From: Candidatus Nomurabacteria bacterium
GTDB lineage: Bacteria > Patescibacteriota > Patescibacteriia > UBA1558 > GWA2-36-10
Assembly (NCBI GenBank): GCA_020632415.1
Contig: JACKFO010000002.1
Span: 514,732-578,731 of the forward strand
DNA: 64,000 nt
Direction of reading: 5' to 3'
Both the position numbers and the translations under genes were made by a program. Positions 10,201 to 19,562 of the stretch are shown here, piece by piece. Position 1 is the first letter of the stretch. The number at the start of each line of letters is the position of its first letter. The notes below the pieces were generated by a model that made no database searches, was not told the origin of the DNA, and saw only the letters and a list, made by a program, of their open reading frames with translations.

Positions 10201-13200
10201 TCAATGGCATCACAGATAATTTTATAAGAAGAAGTCTGTTCGTCAAAAACCGCTGTCGAAGATTTACAGGATAGCCATTCAGCACATTGCCTGTCTTTAC
10301 GAACTTTAACTAAGACATTAGCATTATCTCCACTTTCTGGATTGACTGGTCTACCTTCTACCAAATTATTTTGATAGCTAGCCACGGCATCGTATTGAGT
10401 AATGACCTCGCTATGTTCACCATTCCAATTATTTGCTTCATAGAGCAAAATGCAACCGCTGTTTTGATCAAACTGACCATTACAACTACTTTCGTCTATC
10501 TTATCATTGTTGTAATAATAATAAGATTGACAAGAGCCTTCAACTTCTACATCACAACCGCTCGGATCCAAAGGATCTCTGAACTCAGTACACAAGTTTT
10601 TCTCAGCTGGACAGCTAGCAGCCCAAGTTGGGGCCAAAGTAAAATTACCATCTGGACTACAACTTTCTGGCGCAGCTGTTTCTAAACTTGCAGTCTTAAA
10701 CCAGCCACTAACAATATTTCCAGCAAGGTTAACATTTTTTTGATAAGTACAATTACGATTACCAGGATCTTTAAAATAATAACTACCTTTATCAGAATTA
10801 TAAGCCTGACAATACAAGGCGTCACTCGTACAAAGAGTATTTTGATAATTATCCGGATCGTTAATCTTATAAACCGTACTATAGGTTTCTATTGTATTAT
10901 TCGCTTGATCAACTTGCGGCAAACCCAAAGCCGAACAACCCTTGTAGGCCTCTGGACAATAGTGCTGTCTATCTGGGACTAAATAGCTCACTGTATCAGC
11001 TGTAATGTCTAGACGAGAGTAATCGTCAATATGAAAAGTCTCTGCAAAAGGACTTTCTGAATTTTGCGTATCAATCACCGCCATACAACCAATCGCCTCT
11101 TCTCGACAAAGGCTAGAAAAAGATTTTAAATTATAATCATTGTTATTTGTATCAGTATACGCCTGGCAACCTAAGTAAGCTCCTGTAAAAGGTGTGTCAC
11201 AACTTACTGGAGTCTTCCAAGAATCTTTTACAAAACTCAAAGATTCTTCTACTTCCTTCAAGATAACATTGTCTAAAAATACTTCTCCACTGCCGCTAAA
11301 TTGTAGCCGTAAGACGACATTATCAACAGTAGCTAATTCTAAATTATCAACCGATGATATTTGATATAAACGCCAGTCACCAAAACCAATTGGCCCGATA
11401 ATTCCGATTTCGTGTTCTGCATCACCGTCATATAAAACCGCTCGAACGCTATTTAAATTTCCAGTATTTTTCATCCACCAAGAAACTTGGAAAATCTTAT
11501 CACTCTGAATTTCCGGCAAAGACCTTTGGATCGTAGCATTGGCTCCCGCTTTCAAAGAATGACCATTGTTAGCCAAAGATTCATTAGAAAGATTTAAGCC
11601 TGCGCCAGTCCAAGGACTATAACTACCATTTTCAAAATTATCTAAAAATATTCGATGCAAATTATTTGCTGCTTCTCCCTCGTATACTCGACAACCAGCA
11701 TTTTGCGCCTGACAAGAATAGCTCAAATCAGCGATCGCCTGATACTCTTGACCAGTCGCCGTTCTACGATAAGCACTACACTGATCAGAAGCGTAAATTA
11801 CTTTATCTTGCAAACGATAATGAGAATTTCCTTCGATGTCAAAAAATTCTCGACAATTTGGATCAAAAATTGGGTCATCAAAAGGATTTGCTGGAGTTTC
11901 TGGACCACAAGCCGCTGGAGTAATATCCACACAAGTATTTGTGCCAACTTCAACGTCAGTACAAGGAGCATCGTCAAGATTGCTCTTCAGGAAAGTCCAG
12001 GTTTTTAATTGATATCCAGCAACATCGCTACCTTCCCAAGTATAATAAGTGCCAACATTATCAGCGTTTAATGGCACGCATTGTCTGAGATAACTATAGT
12101 ATTCCTTTCCTTCTCCGCCAGCTGCTACTTCATCTAAATTTGTAAACTCTTCACAACCAACTTCTGAAAGTGGGCAACTTAGAGCTGTATCTGGAATAAA
12201 ATTATAATATTCAGTATCAATGTCTCCTTCTATTAGATCAAAGTTATTTGGGCTTTGAGCAAAAGATGAGTAGCCAACACACTCTGCTGGACAAATGTCT
12301 CCAGCCGAAATAATGCCTGGGACCATTGGATCATTGTTTTCTGGAAAATAACCCTGACAACCGACTTCTTCAGCCAAACACATGACACGTTCGTCATCCA
12401 TAAAGATTCGGCCACCGTCTCCATAATTAGTAAAGGTACTGGCTGTAGTTTGCGTAGCGCCAACTTCTTCCAATTTCATAGCATCCATCAAAACATTGCT
12501 TGCGCTAACAAAAGATAAACCTAAGCTAGTATTTTCTATATCTGAAGCAAAGGTATGGACAATTTGATATGGTCTCCATTCTGGGACCAAAATTTCTGAT
12601 CGACTACTACTATCTGCTCCAGCGCTAATTCTAAAAGTTAAGTTAGTTCCGGCACTTGGTGCTTTGGCATAAAAGCTTAAAATGAAAGTTCTGTTTTTCA
12701 AAGCTAGTCCAGTATCAAAATTAGTAGAGACATTTTGATTAAATTTCAAAGCTGTTTTTCCAAGATAAGCATCATTAACAATTTCTTTGACTATTGCTCC
12801 ACCAAGATTCCAAGATTGAACTGTATCATTAACACCATCATTGGCTGTTCCTTGATAATAATCGAAATTTCCGTTAGGCAACAAGTTTATTCCTCTGCTT
12901 GCAGCCATCACAATAAATTCTTCACAACCAGCTCGATTTGAAGGACAGTTTGCTGACTTGTCATTTAAAAACAAATCATTGGAGTCAGAGGCAATGTCAG
13001 TCAAAACCCAATCGCCAGCATCATCTTTTTCTTGAGAATAACGCAAACAACCAGCTTCATCAGCCGTACAATAGTCAAGGCTTTGTTCTAAATAGGATTC
13101 TTTAGAATTATTTCCTTCAAAAGTCAAACAACCAGAATAAATATCACCATCTTCACAAAGATCACCGTCCAAACGCCAAATATTTTCAGACAAAGTACAA

Positions 13201-14873
13201 TAACCATACTGACCGTCTAGACAATTTCCTTGATCATCTTCTCGCAAACAAGTAGAAACATCAGCGCAATATTCTTGACGAGTGTTACTTTGATTTGATT
13301 CCAAAGTTGGCGCATAGACCAAAGCCTCACATCTTGCTGGTGGCAACTTCAAGACCCAGTTTGGATCAATCAAATGATAATAAGGATTATGTTGCTCATC
13401 AACACTAGGATCAATGCCATAAGGACAGCCAGTTTCATCTTCAAAACAAGCTATCGCTTCACCCAAGGTCACTGCTTCACCAGCCGGACTTCTTTGAGCA
13501 GCAAACTCCCAACCAACTGGAACTACATTTGCTTTTCTCAATTTAACTAAATTATGATAGCAGAAACCATCTTGATAACAATCATCGCTGTTATTACGAG
13601 GATCGTTTGGTCCGATAAAAGGCGTATTTGGATTTAATAAACCTTGGTCAATCAAATCTCCTATAGTTTTCTTTTGGCCAATTGTTTGTAAAAATTCTGC
13701 GCTAATCACACAATTGTCTGGATGACGAAAAGCTACCTGATCAGGACAAATTGCAAAATTCTCCAAAACACTATAGTTTTCAACCTGTCCAAAATCAACA
13801 GTAATTAAATCCCGAAAAACATCCGCCCCTCTTGGCGCTCGACGTAAATCTCCTCCACCGCGCAGTTGATCTAATAAACTTGTCCGGAAATCACCATCTT
13901 GAGCATACCAGCTATTAATCTGGCGCATGCCTTTTTCAACGGCTAATTTCAAAAGTTTTGAAGACAAGGTATTCATAAATAAATTACCAGCATCTTTCAA
14001 AACCGAGCTCCAACTGATTTTACCCTTAGCTGAATGCTGAGCAATCTCCGCTTCTCCTTGAAAAGCTAAATCCCACTTTGCTTCAGAAATTCTCATAATC
14101 TCTAAACAATGGGTTTTAACTTCATTGGTCACAGTAGTCCGAGAATCCAAAAATCCCTGACATTCCGAAGAAGAAATTTGAGACAACAAACGGGCCTGTG
14201 CTTTTTGTTCATCCAAAGCTCCAACTAAAGTCAAAGCCGTTCCTAAGTCACTATTCGAAAGATCAAACTGTATCCAAAAATCTTTCCAATCATCAACCGA
14301 ACCATAACGAGGGTCTAGCTTAACTTTCAAAAAATCTTGCCATTGACCAGCCCTAATTTGTCCAGAAAATTGAGACCAATTTTTTTGTACCTCTCGCCAA
14401 TTACATTTTGGTTCTGGCGGAGCTTCAGTGTCAATTAAACCTAAAGTTAAAGTTAATTTTACTTCAATCGAAGGATCGCAAAGATTAAAACCAAGATCCG
14501 AAAAACTTCCTTCAGTTAAAGTGCCAATGAATTCGCCAATTGCTGCTTCTTGTGATTTTCGTAAACTATCTTTGATTGAATCTGTTCGAAACAAAGGCTT
14601 GCCACCTTCTGCTCCCTCAGCAATTGAGCTGGCAATGTTATAAGCCAGGTTGTTTAAATACATCCGCGCGGTATTTTCAATCACCTGATTCAAAACAGTA
14701 TCTTTGACTTTCACTACCACTGCGCTAATCTTTTCCCAAATCCACTTAGCACTATTTACAGCTACAACATCTGGCGACAAAGCAAGAGCGGGCTTTGGGT
14801 TAAAAACTATTACTGGCCCGACTAAAAAAATTGCCAATAACATTGCGACTAAAAATTTCTTCGACTTATGCAT
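7227..14873 (-). CDS. Giant (2548 aa) secreted cysteine-rich surface protein
   Basis: Uninterrupted 7.6 kb ORF; N-terminal signal/anchor MHKSKKFLVAMLLAIFLVGPVIVFNPKPALA; very high Cys, Asn, Asp, Gly and Tyr content typical of the extracellular giant proteins of CPR episymbionts. Confidence 0.8.
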   Translation of the reverse strand: MHKSKKFLVAMLLAIFLVGPVIVFNPKPALALSPDVVAVNSAKWIWEKISAVVVKVKDTVLNQVIENTARMYLNNLAYNIASSIAEGAEGGKPLFRTDSIKDSLRKSQEAAIGEFIGTLTEGSFSDLGFNLCDPSIEVKLTLTLGLIDTEAPPEPKCNWREVQKNWSQFSGQIRAGQWQDFLKVKLDPRYGSVDDWKDFWIQFDLSNSDLGTALTLVGALDEQKAQARLLSQISSSECQGFLDSRTTVTNEVKTHCLEIMRISEAKWDLAFQGEAEIAQHSAKGKISWSSVLKDAGNLFMNTLSSKLLKLAVEKGMRQINSWYAQDGDFRTSLLDQLRGGGDLRRAPRGADVFRDLITVDFGQVENYSVLENFAICPDQVAFRHPDNCVISAEFLQTIGQKKTIGDLIDQGLLNPNTPFIGPNDPRNNSDDCYQDGFCYHNLVKLRKANVVPVGWEFAAQRSPAGEAVTLGEAIACFEDETGCPYGIDPSVDEQHNPYYHLIDPNWVLKLPPARCEALVYAPTLESNQSNTRQEYCADVSTCLREDDQGNCLDGQYGYCTLSENIWRLDGDLCEDGDIYSGCLTFEGNNSKESYLEQSLDYCTADEAGCLRYSQEKDDAGDWVLTDIASDSNDLFLNDKSANCPSNRAGCEEFIVMAASRGINLLPNGNFDYYQGTANDGVNDTVQSWNLGGAIVKEIVNDAYLGKTALKFNQNVSTNFDTGLALKNRTFILSFYAKAPSAGTNLTFRISAGADSSSRSEILVPEWRPYQIVHTFASDIENTSLGLSFVSASNVLMDAMKLEEVGATQTTASTFTNYGDGGRIFMDDERVMCLAEEVGCQGYFPENNDPMVPGIISAGDICPAECVGYSSFAQSPNNFDLIEGDIDTEYYNFIPDTALSCPLSEVGCEEFTNLDEVAAGGEGKEYYSYLRQCVPLNADNVGTYYTWEGSDVAGYQLKTWTFLKSNLDDAPCTDVEVGTNTCVDITPAACGPETPANPFDDPIFDPNCREFFDIEGNSHYRLQDKVIYASDQCSAYRRTATGQEYQAIADLSYSCQAQNAGCRVYEGEAANNLHRIFLDNFENGSYSPWTGAGLNLSNESLANNGHSLKAGANATIQRSLPEIQSDKIFQVSWWMKNTGNLNSVRAVLYDGDAEHEIGIIGPIGFGDWRLYQISSVDNLELATVDNVVLRLQFSGSGEVFLDNVILKEVEESLSFVKDSWKTPVSCDTPFTGAYLGCQAYTDTNNNDYNLKSFSSLCREEAIGCMAVIDTQNSESPFAETFHIDDYSRLDITADTVSYLVPDRQHYCPEAYKGCSALGLPQVDQANNTIETYSTVYKINDPDNYQNTLCTSDALYCQAYNSDKGSYYFKDPGNRNCTYQKNVNLAGNIVSGWFKTASLETAAPESCSPDGNFTLAPTWAASCPAEKNLCTEFRDPLDPSGCDVEVEGSCQSYYYYNNDKIDESSCNGQFDQNSGCILLYEANNWNGEHSEVITQYDAVASYQNNLVEGRPVNPESGDNANVLVKVRKDRQCAEWLSCKSSTAVFDEQTSSYKIICDAIDSCTEYSDANNITQCAQWSTYTDAIPLTIVEYQDRATSTTERISWPDKEYLGYSIPEFFPVQDLKVYNFSQVDTETDLRLVYESDVTCTAAEDLASCSALGYTGTCKDQICWLNPDASDDILHLDTRAYAQQDAPYANRIRADKESTVQFFANANICETGDNDCELKYKKITYGLGGFVKYFGNKNADTTSGVCTIIGDDPEDGRVEGSLCVSDGQCGDNTGKCTLPTKIETFLNWPGICLETDASTAVPIDELNGVDIKNYCNQWYPVDEIQGAQSLYNNFTTAGFYSDTGADLEMCAVSDEFITLEDRYYCGSTENGFGDDSGSSCTVLLKVPAGSKININKAESFGSFIDANYLNEEAFTFNDSVQALIRDDSNATCGGENANTEDRRECINDGAFFQASDFGEISFDNIVIHPDDLALLFDGVAGNIEYYYFDEAVKGDGTWNLDEGASGSDNDKVLANGAEFYSDGFACDNWHVEVCPAGTHQVEVRDWRGNSHCGFYGERKQYGQRYCNPLTYNYYLRADSSSADLTCTETNCAEPTYGRACLNTKATYNGITIPAAGCGSDLNCQFKQCIEALSDPLATPYCSEYGEVTYNESYDPVSGDWVSTPSSITGCLATILQISGTNIVAKAGVNASLVSEAQSCLESGIEDACVAAAGYQVEKFSTDCTGLDCLQQCQTISQVAAEGDDDRSWVRTDIWWRSSENPTLNRGWSAWYYDNLIYSQSNQAYLQQIAGIDMNKYFGSAHNSVLSQPVTTKTPLNIAEGANQVSIFFSDTDFDTAKSRMKYLFAKVYNLQWDPSSGYQFSAYPEINDATNVNPDAGPDYPPKIYQVCGDSLCPGDKPGITINNQNNANIVGRGDLFTDIKFYYYAHPDHMPVTEVQLDPYGDGGFTVGGTGKYKNNMPSVYCDPTPTGFIPGSDVYLMGFSGLSRACHVGYKSFYQQYSYDPIYACGDIENASCYTPQVRVVDNWGETTTISYPGRIVIYQD

Positions 14874-14878
14874 AAAAA

Positions 14879-15613
14879 TTATTCTTGAATGAGTCTATTT
14901 CTAATTTCTAATAATTGTTGCTCTGATAATTGTTTTATTTCTTCCTCGTCAGCATTTGGTTGTGCTAATAAAAATTCCCTCACTTGCTCAGGTGTAGTTT
15001 CATTATCTAAATTAGCTTGACCAATTTCACTTTCCTGCAAAATACTAAAAATATATAACAAATCATCATTACTCAAAGAATCCACTTCTTCTTGTTTAAA
15101 ACCGTTATCTAGCAAAAATACCCTAAACTGTTGCAAAGCAGCGTCTTGGATAGTTAACTCACCATCAACATTTACGTCTTCAATTACGTCTGCTAATTTA
15201 GTATTTGGCGTGATTAATCTTAATAAATTACAATCTTCACCATTGGGACAAAGCGGGTCATTAGCGCTTGAAACTTCTTCAAAATCAGAATAGCCGTCAG
15301 AATCAGTGTCTTCCAAAAAAATACTAGTGTTGTACTGATAAATTTCTTGAAAGTCTGTCAAACCATCGCCATCGGTATCTTTCTTTTTTAGATCTTCAAT
15401 TGTTTGTTCATTTTTTTGTTGATCATTGAGCAGTGTTTCCTTGATAAAATCAGGCACCTCTACTGCAAAATGTTTTTCTAAATTTTGCGTTTTAAAATAC
15501 CAAAAAGCAAACATTAAAACCGCTAAACTAAGCAACAAAAAAACCCAAAAAACTTTATTTTTCAGCACACTCTTAATGCTGGTTGTTTCTAGGTCTCTAT
15601 TGTTTTCTAACAT
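14879..15613 (-). CDS. Membrane-anchored protein with thrombospondin-type-3-like calcium-binding repeats
   Basis: N-terminal TM helix; DTDGDGLTDFQE and DTDSDGYSDFEE loops (DxDxDGxxD); paralog of 23531-25255 and 25260-26075. Confidence 0.6.
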   Translation of the reverse strand: MLENNRDLETTSIKSVLKNKVFWVFLLLSLAVLMFAFWYFKTQNLEKHFAVEVPDFIKETLLNDQQKNEQTIEDLKKKDTDGDGLTDFQEIYQYNTSIFLEDTDSDGYSDFEEVSSANDPLCPNGEDCNLLRLITPNTKLADVIEDVNVDGELTIQDAALQQFRVFLLDNGFKQEEVDSLSNDDLLYIFSILQESEIGQANLDNETTPEQVREFLLAQPNADEEEIKQLSEQQLLEIRNRLIQE

Positions 15614-15741
15614 GCATGGAAATTTTAGAAAATTAAAGATTTATCTTCACTTATTATAACATAAATAAAAAATTTGCCCAAGAGCAAAAAACAATCCGCA
15701 AGCTTAGATTAAGTCTGCGGATTGTTTCACAAATTTTGTCC

Positions 15742-16584
15742 TTATTTTCTAGAAATTTCTTCTGCCAAAGCCAACCAATCTTCAACCGCTAAATCCTCAG
15801 CTCGACTATTTTTATCTATTTTTATTTTTTCAAAAATAATCAATAAGCGTTCTTTTTCTAAACTTGGATCACTTAATAAATTATTAATCAACTTCTTTCT
15901 TTTGGCAGCCATTCCGCGATGAATCAATTGCCAGACCTGTTGCTCGTCAGCCTGATAATTCCAAGGATGGAGATTTTTGATTTGCAGAATAGCCGAGTCA
16001 ACTTTTGGTACTGGATAAAAATTTTCCGCTTTGACAATTGGACCCAAATTAGCTTCTCCATAAAAAGCCACGCTCAAAGACAGTAAGCTATGCTTTTGTT
16101 TATGCAAAACAACTCTTTCAGCTACTTCACGCTGCACCATCAAAGTCATGCTGCTTGGCTGATTTTTACTCAAAATAAATTTGCCAATTAACTTGCCAGT
16201 CAGATAATAAGGAATATTAGCTACTACTTTATAAGTTTTAGCTTTTTTAGCAAACAAAATATTTTGCCATTGCTGATCTGTCAAAGATAAAATATCTTGC
16301 CAAATTAGCTCTAAATTCTGATTAAGTTTTTCTAAATTAGCCAAAGGCTTTTCTAAACTACGATCAACTTCAAAAGCAACTACCTTTGCTTTTGTGGCCA
16401 ATAATTTTTGAGTCAAAGCTCCTAAACCAGGTCCGACTTCTAAGACCAAATCTGTTTTGGAAACCTCTGCTAAGTCAATAATCTCTTCTAAAACATCATC
16501 TGCTAATAAAAAATTTTGACCCCGTAAATGATTTGGGCTAATTTTATATTTTTTAAATAAAAATTGTAATTCTTCTAAGTTCAT
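15742..16584 (-). CDS. rsmA: 16S rRNA (adenine1518/1519-N6)-dimethyltransferase
   Basis: HLRGQNFL ... VLEVGPGLGALT SAM-binding motifs of KsgA/RsmA. Confidence 0.9.
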   Translation of the reverse strand: MNLEELQFLFKKYKISPNHLRGQNFLLADDVLEEIIDLAEVSKTDLVLEVGPGLGALTQKLLATKAKVVAFEVDRSLEKPLANLEKLNQNLELIWQDILSLTDQQWQNILFAKKAKTYKVVANIPYYLTGKLIGKFILSKNQPSSMTLMVQREVAERVVLHKQKHSLLSLSVAFYGEANLGPIVKAENFYPVPKVDSAILQIKNLHPWNYQADEQQVWQLIHRGMAAKRKKLINNLLSDPSLEKERLLIIFEKIKIDKNSRAEDLAVEDWLALAEEISRK

Positions 16585-16596
16585 TCGGCTAAAAAT

Positions 16597-17760
16597 TTAA
16601 AGTAACATATAAAGCAAAGACATTGAGCCAGCTAAAATAAAGGTCAATTTCATCGCGAATATTTCATCAGTAATGAAGAACAAGGCCGCATAAATAGCTA
16701 AAATTGCGATTAATTTTCCGACTACTAAGCTCATCTCAAAGAAAATAGCCGTTTCCATCACGCTGCGCTTTTTGGCTCTTTCATAAGTGATTGTCATCAA
16801 AGGAATAACGATGATATTTTTGGCTAAACGAGACATCGTGTCCACAAAAAATACTCCCATTTGATTAACCACAAAAATACGAATAAACCAAGCAATCGAA
16901 TAAAAAGCGCTGCCTAAATCCAAAACTGAACGTTTATTTTTTGAATCAGATAATTTTCCAACATACAAAGTAATCAAAACCGTAATCAATGTTGCTAAAG
17001 CGACAATCAAGCCCAAATCAAAAACATTGACAATAATAATTGAAATAAAAATTGGCCAAATCACCATCACAATCAATTCTTCGCCAAAGCCCAAATAAGC
17101 AAACAAGGATCGACGATTTTCTTTGCTAAACAAATCCTTGTAAGCTTGCCAATAACTAAAATTTTTATATTCAAATTTTTCTTTGGTAACTAAAGTTGGA
17201 ATATTAGAAAGCAAAAATATAATTGAAGCCATTGTAAACAAAGCACCGTAACCCCAATCATAAATGATAAAACCAGCTAAAGCTGGGCCGATGATATACA
17301 TCAAAGAGCTGCCAATATTAAAAGCACTAATTTCACGACCCTCTTCACTGTCATCAGAAAACTTAGCAAAGCCAGCATGATAGGCTGGCCAATAAAACAT
17401 TTTTTGTACCGCAAAAACCAAAGGCGCTAAATAAAACATCCAAGGATACGCTTGTACTAAAAATAAAGAGACATAAAACAAAGCAAAGAAGAGGCTGCCG
17501 ACAAAAATCCCCCATTCATATCCCTTGGCCCTGGCAAATTTTGCGCCCATTGGCATGATTAGTAAATAAGGAACGTAGACCAATAAATAAAAAAATATAA
17601 TCTGCTGTAAAGAATAGCCAAGTTGATATAAATAGATCGGCTCAAAAATTGTCACCATTGCCAAAGCAAGATTAAGCAAAATAGTAGAGACTAACATTTC
17701 TCTAACTTGCCTTTTCATCCGATGCGGCAACATGCTTGAAAAAAAATTTTGAATACTCAT
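16597..17760 (-). CDS. MFS-like polytopic transporter (paralog of 18377-19534)
   Basis: 10-12 predicted TM helices; N-terminal region aligns with the downstream paralog. Confidence 0.5.
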   Translation of the reverse strand: MSIQNFFSSMLPHRMKRQVREMLVSTILLNLALAMVTIFEPIYLYQLGYSLQQIIFFYLLVYVPYLLIMPMGAKFARAKGYEWGIFVGSLFFALFYVSLFLVQAYPWMFYLAPLVFAVQKMFYWPAYHAGFAKFSDDSEEGREISAFNIGSSLMYIIGPALAGFIIYDWGYGALFTMASIIFLLSNIPTLVTKEKFEYKNFSYWQAYKDLFSKENRRSLFAYLGFGEELIVMVIWPIFISIIIVNVFDLGLIVALATLITVLITLYVGKLSDSKNKRSVLDLGSAFYSIAWFIRIFVVNQMGVFFVDTMSRLAKNIIVIPLMTITYERAKKRSVMETAIFFEMSLVVGKLIAILAIYAALFFITDEIFAMKLTFILAGSMSLLYMLL

Positions 17761-17761
17761 T

Positions 17762-18373
17762 TTATATTTTTATTTTTAAAGCTCCAGCCCTTAAAAGACT
17801 AGCCTTATTCTCTTTATCAACTTTAATAATAGTCGATGCTAAAGTTTTCGGCAAATTGCCAACATTGATAAACAAGTCTGGCTGAAACTTAGCTTGGGCA
17901 AAAGATTTTCTGATTGCCTGAGGAGTATAAATATTAGCCCTTGTCGACAAATTAGCAGAAGTTGAAATAATTGGCGCTGCTAAATGACTCAATAACTCTG
18001 AAACAAAATGATGACTAGAAATTCGTAAAGCCAAAAAATCTTCAAAACACTGGTCAATGCCACAATAACGATAAGGCAAAACCAAAGTTAGCGGTCCAGG
18101 CCAATGTTTAGCTGCTAGTTCCAAAGCGAGTCTTGGAAAATGGACCAAAGTCGTAGCCGTCAATAAATCTGGGACAATGATTGGCAAAGGCTTGTCATCG
18201 CCCCGTCCTTTAATTTTATAAATTTTTTTAATTGCTTTCTGATTATAAAAATCTCCCCCCAAACCATATGAGGTCTCCGTTGGATAAATGATCGTTCCTC
18301 CTTTTTCAATCACTTTTATTGTCTCTCGAATAACTGCCAAAGCATTATCCTTATTCAATTTTATTTCTTTCAT
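17762..18373 (-). CDS. tsaC: L-threonylcarbamoyladenylate synthase (YrdC/Sua5 family)
   Basis: YPTETSYGLGGD and KIYKIKGRGDDKPLPIIV motifs of the YrdC domain. Confidence 0.85.
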   Translation of the reverse strand: MKEIKLNKDNALAVIRETIKVIEKGGTIIYPTETSYGLGGDFYNQKAIKKIYKIKGRGDDKPLPIIVPDLLTATTLVHFPRLALELAAKHWPGPLTLVLPYRYCGIDQCFEDFLALRISSHHFVSELLSHLAAPIISTSANLSTRANIYTPQAIRKSFAQAKFQPDLFINVGNLPKTLASTIIKVDKENKASLLRAGALKIKI

Positions 18374-18376
18374 AGA

Positions 18377-19534
18377 TTAACGTAACAAATTAACAAACAA
18401 AGCCATCACCCCTGCGACCACAAAGCTTGCTTGAACTGGTAAAAATAATAATAAAATAGCCACTAACACTAAACCAAAAACTCTCCCTGCGCCATCTGAC
18501 ATTTCTTTGATCACCGTATACTCATCGATATAATGTCCGCGATCAGCTGCTTTTTCATAAACTAAAGTATTTAAAGAAGTCTGTAAAACTATCAAAGCCA
18601 AAGCATGATAAGTAGAAACCAAAAAGACCTGCAAACCAGAGACTACTAAAGTTTTTAAAAACCAAGCGCTAGCATTTAAGGCTGCTCCGACTTTGACCAT
18701 CTTTCTTTTTTGCCAACGATCTAACAAATTACCGATAAATAATCGCAATACTAAACCAAAAAATAAAATGCCAGCGGTCAACAAGCCCATCACTTGATAT
18801 TTTTCATTTAAAATTGAAAAAATAAACAAAGGCCAAAACACTCCATTAACCAAATTTACTAAACCATCAGACATATAAGCAAAGACCATTCGTCGATTAA
18901 AAGGATGGAGAAAATAACTCCAAGTCTCGCGATAAGTCCAAGAAAATTCCTCTTTTGAATCTGGCAAAGTCAAAATTGGCCAAATTGAGAGTAGACAAAA
19001 ACCCAAGGATAAAACAACGACCACCGAAAAAGCCCAGCGATCTAAAATAAACCCAGCAATCAAAGGAGCAACAATGCTTAAAATTGAAGCAATGGAAAAT
19101 AAAATGCTAAATTGCTTACCACGACTTTTTTTATCAGACAACCTTGCGCTCTCCGTATGAAATGGTGTCCAAAATAAATTACGAACCCAAGTAATAGAAA
19201 ACCAAGCCAAAATACTATACAACAACGGATTTTCTGGAAAAAAATAAAAAGCGGCAAAATAAGGAATTCGGAAAATCACTGATAAAATCAAACTATTTTT
19301 GATTCCAATTTTGGTCATCAATTTAGCACCCCAAGGCAAGGTCAAAAAGTAAGCGCCATAACCAAAAATAAAATATAAAATTACCAAGTTAATATCTTTG
19401 TACTGCTGATATAAAAATATCGGAAAAAAGATACCAAAAATATTAGAACCAAAATCCAACAATAATTTACCAAGATATAAATTCACCAAGCCTTTGGCAA
19501 ATTTTACTTGCCTCAAATCTTGAATTAAACGCAT
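18377..19534 (-). CDS. MFS-like polytopic transporter (paralog of 16597-17760)
   Basis: Polytopic hydrophobic profile; shared N-terminal pattern IF(E/F)PI(Y/F)LYQ ... PxGAK with the paralog. Confidence 0.5.
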   Translation of the reverse strand: MRLIQDLRQVKFAKGLVNLYLGKLLLDFGSNIFGIFFPIFLYQQYKDINLVILYFIFGYGAYFLTLPWGAKLMTKIGIKNSLILSVIFRIPYFAAFYFFPENPLLYSILAWFSITWVRNLFWTPFHTESARLSDKKSRGKQFSILFSIASILSIVAPLIAGFILDRWAFSVVVVLSLGFCLLSIWPILTLPDSKEEFSWTYRETWSYFLHPFNRRMVFAYMSDGLVNLVNGVFWPLFIFSILNEKYQVMGLLTAGILFFGLVLRLFIGNLLDRWQKRKMVKVGAALNASAWFLKTLVVSGLQVFLVSTYHALALIVLQTSLNTLVYEKAADRGHYIDEYTVIKEMSDGAGRVFGLVLVAILLLFLPVQASFVVAGVMALFVNLLR

Positions 19535-19562
19535 TTTTATTTTTATTTTTTAAATTAACAGT

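Noticed and set aside
7227-14873. Numerous 60-117-aa ORFs on both strands inside the giant gene (e.g. 7559-7828, 8148-8336, 10371-10685, 11655-12008)
   Set aside because: They are embedded within a continuous 7.6-kb ORF that has a signal peptide and a consistent composition; they are alternate-frame artefacts.
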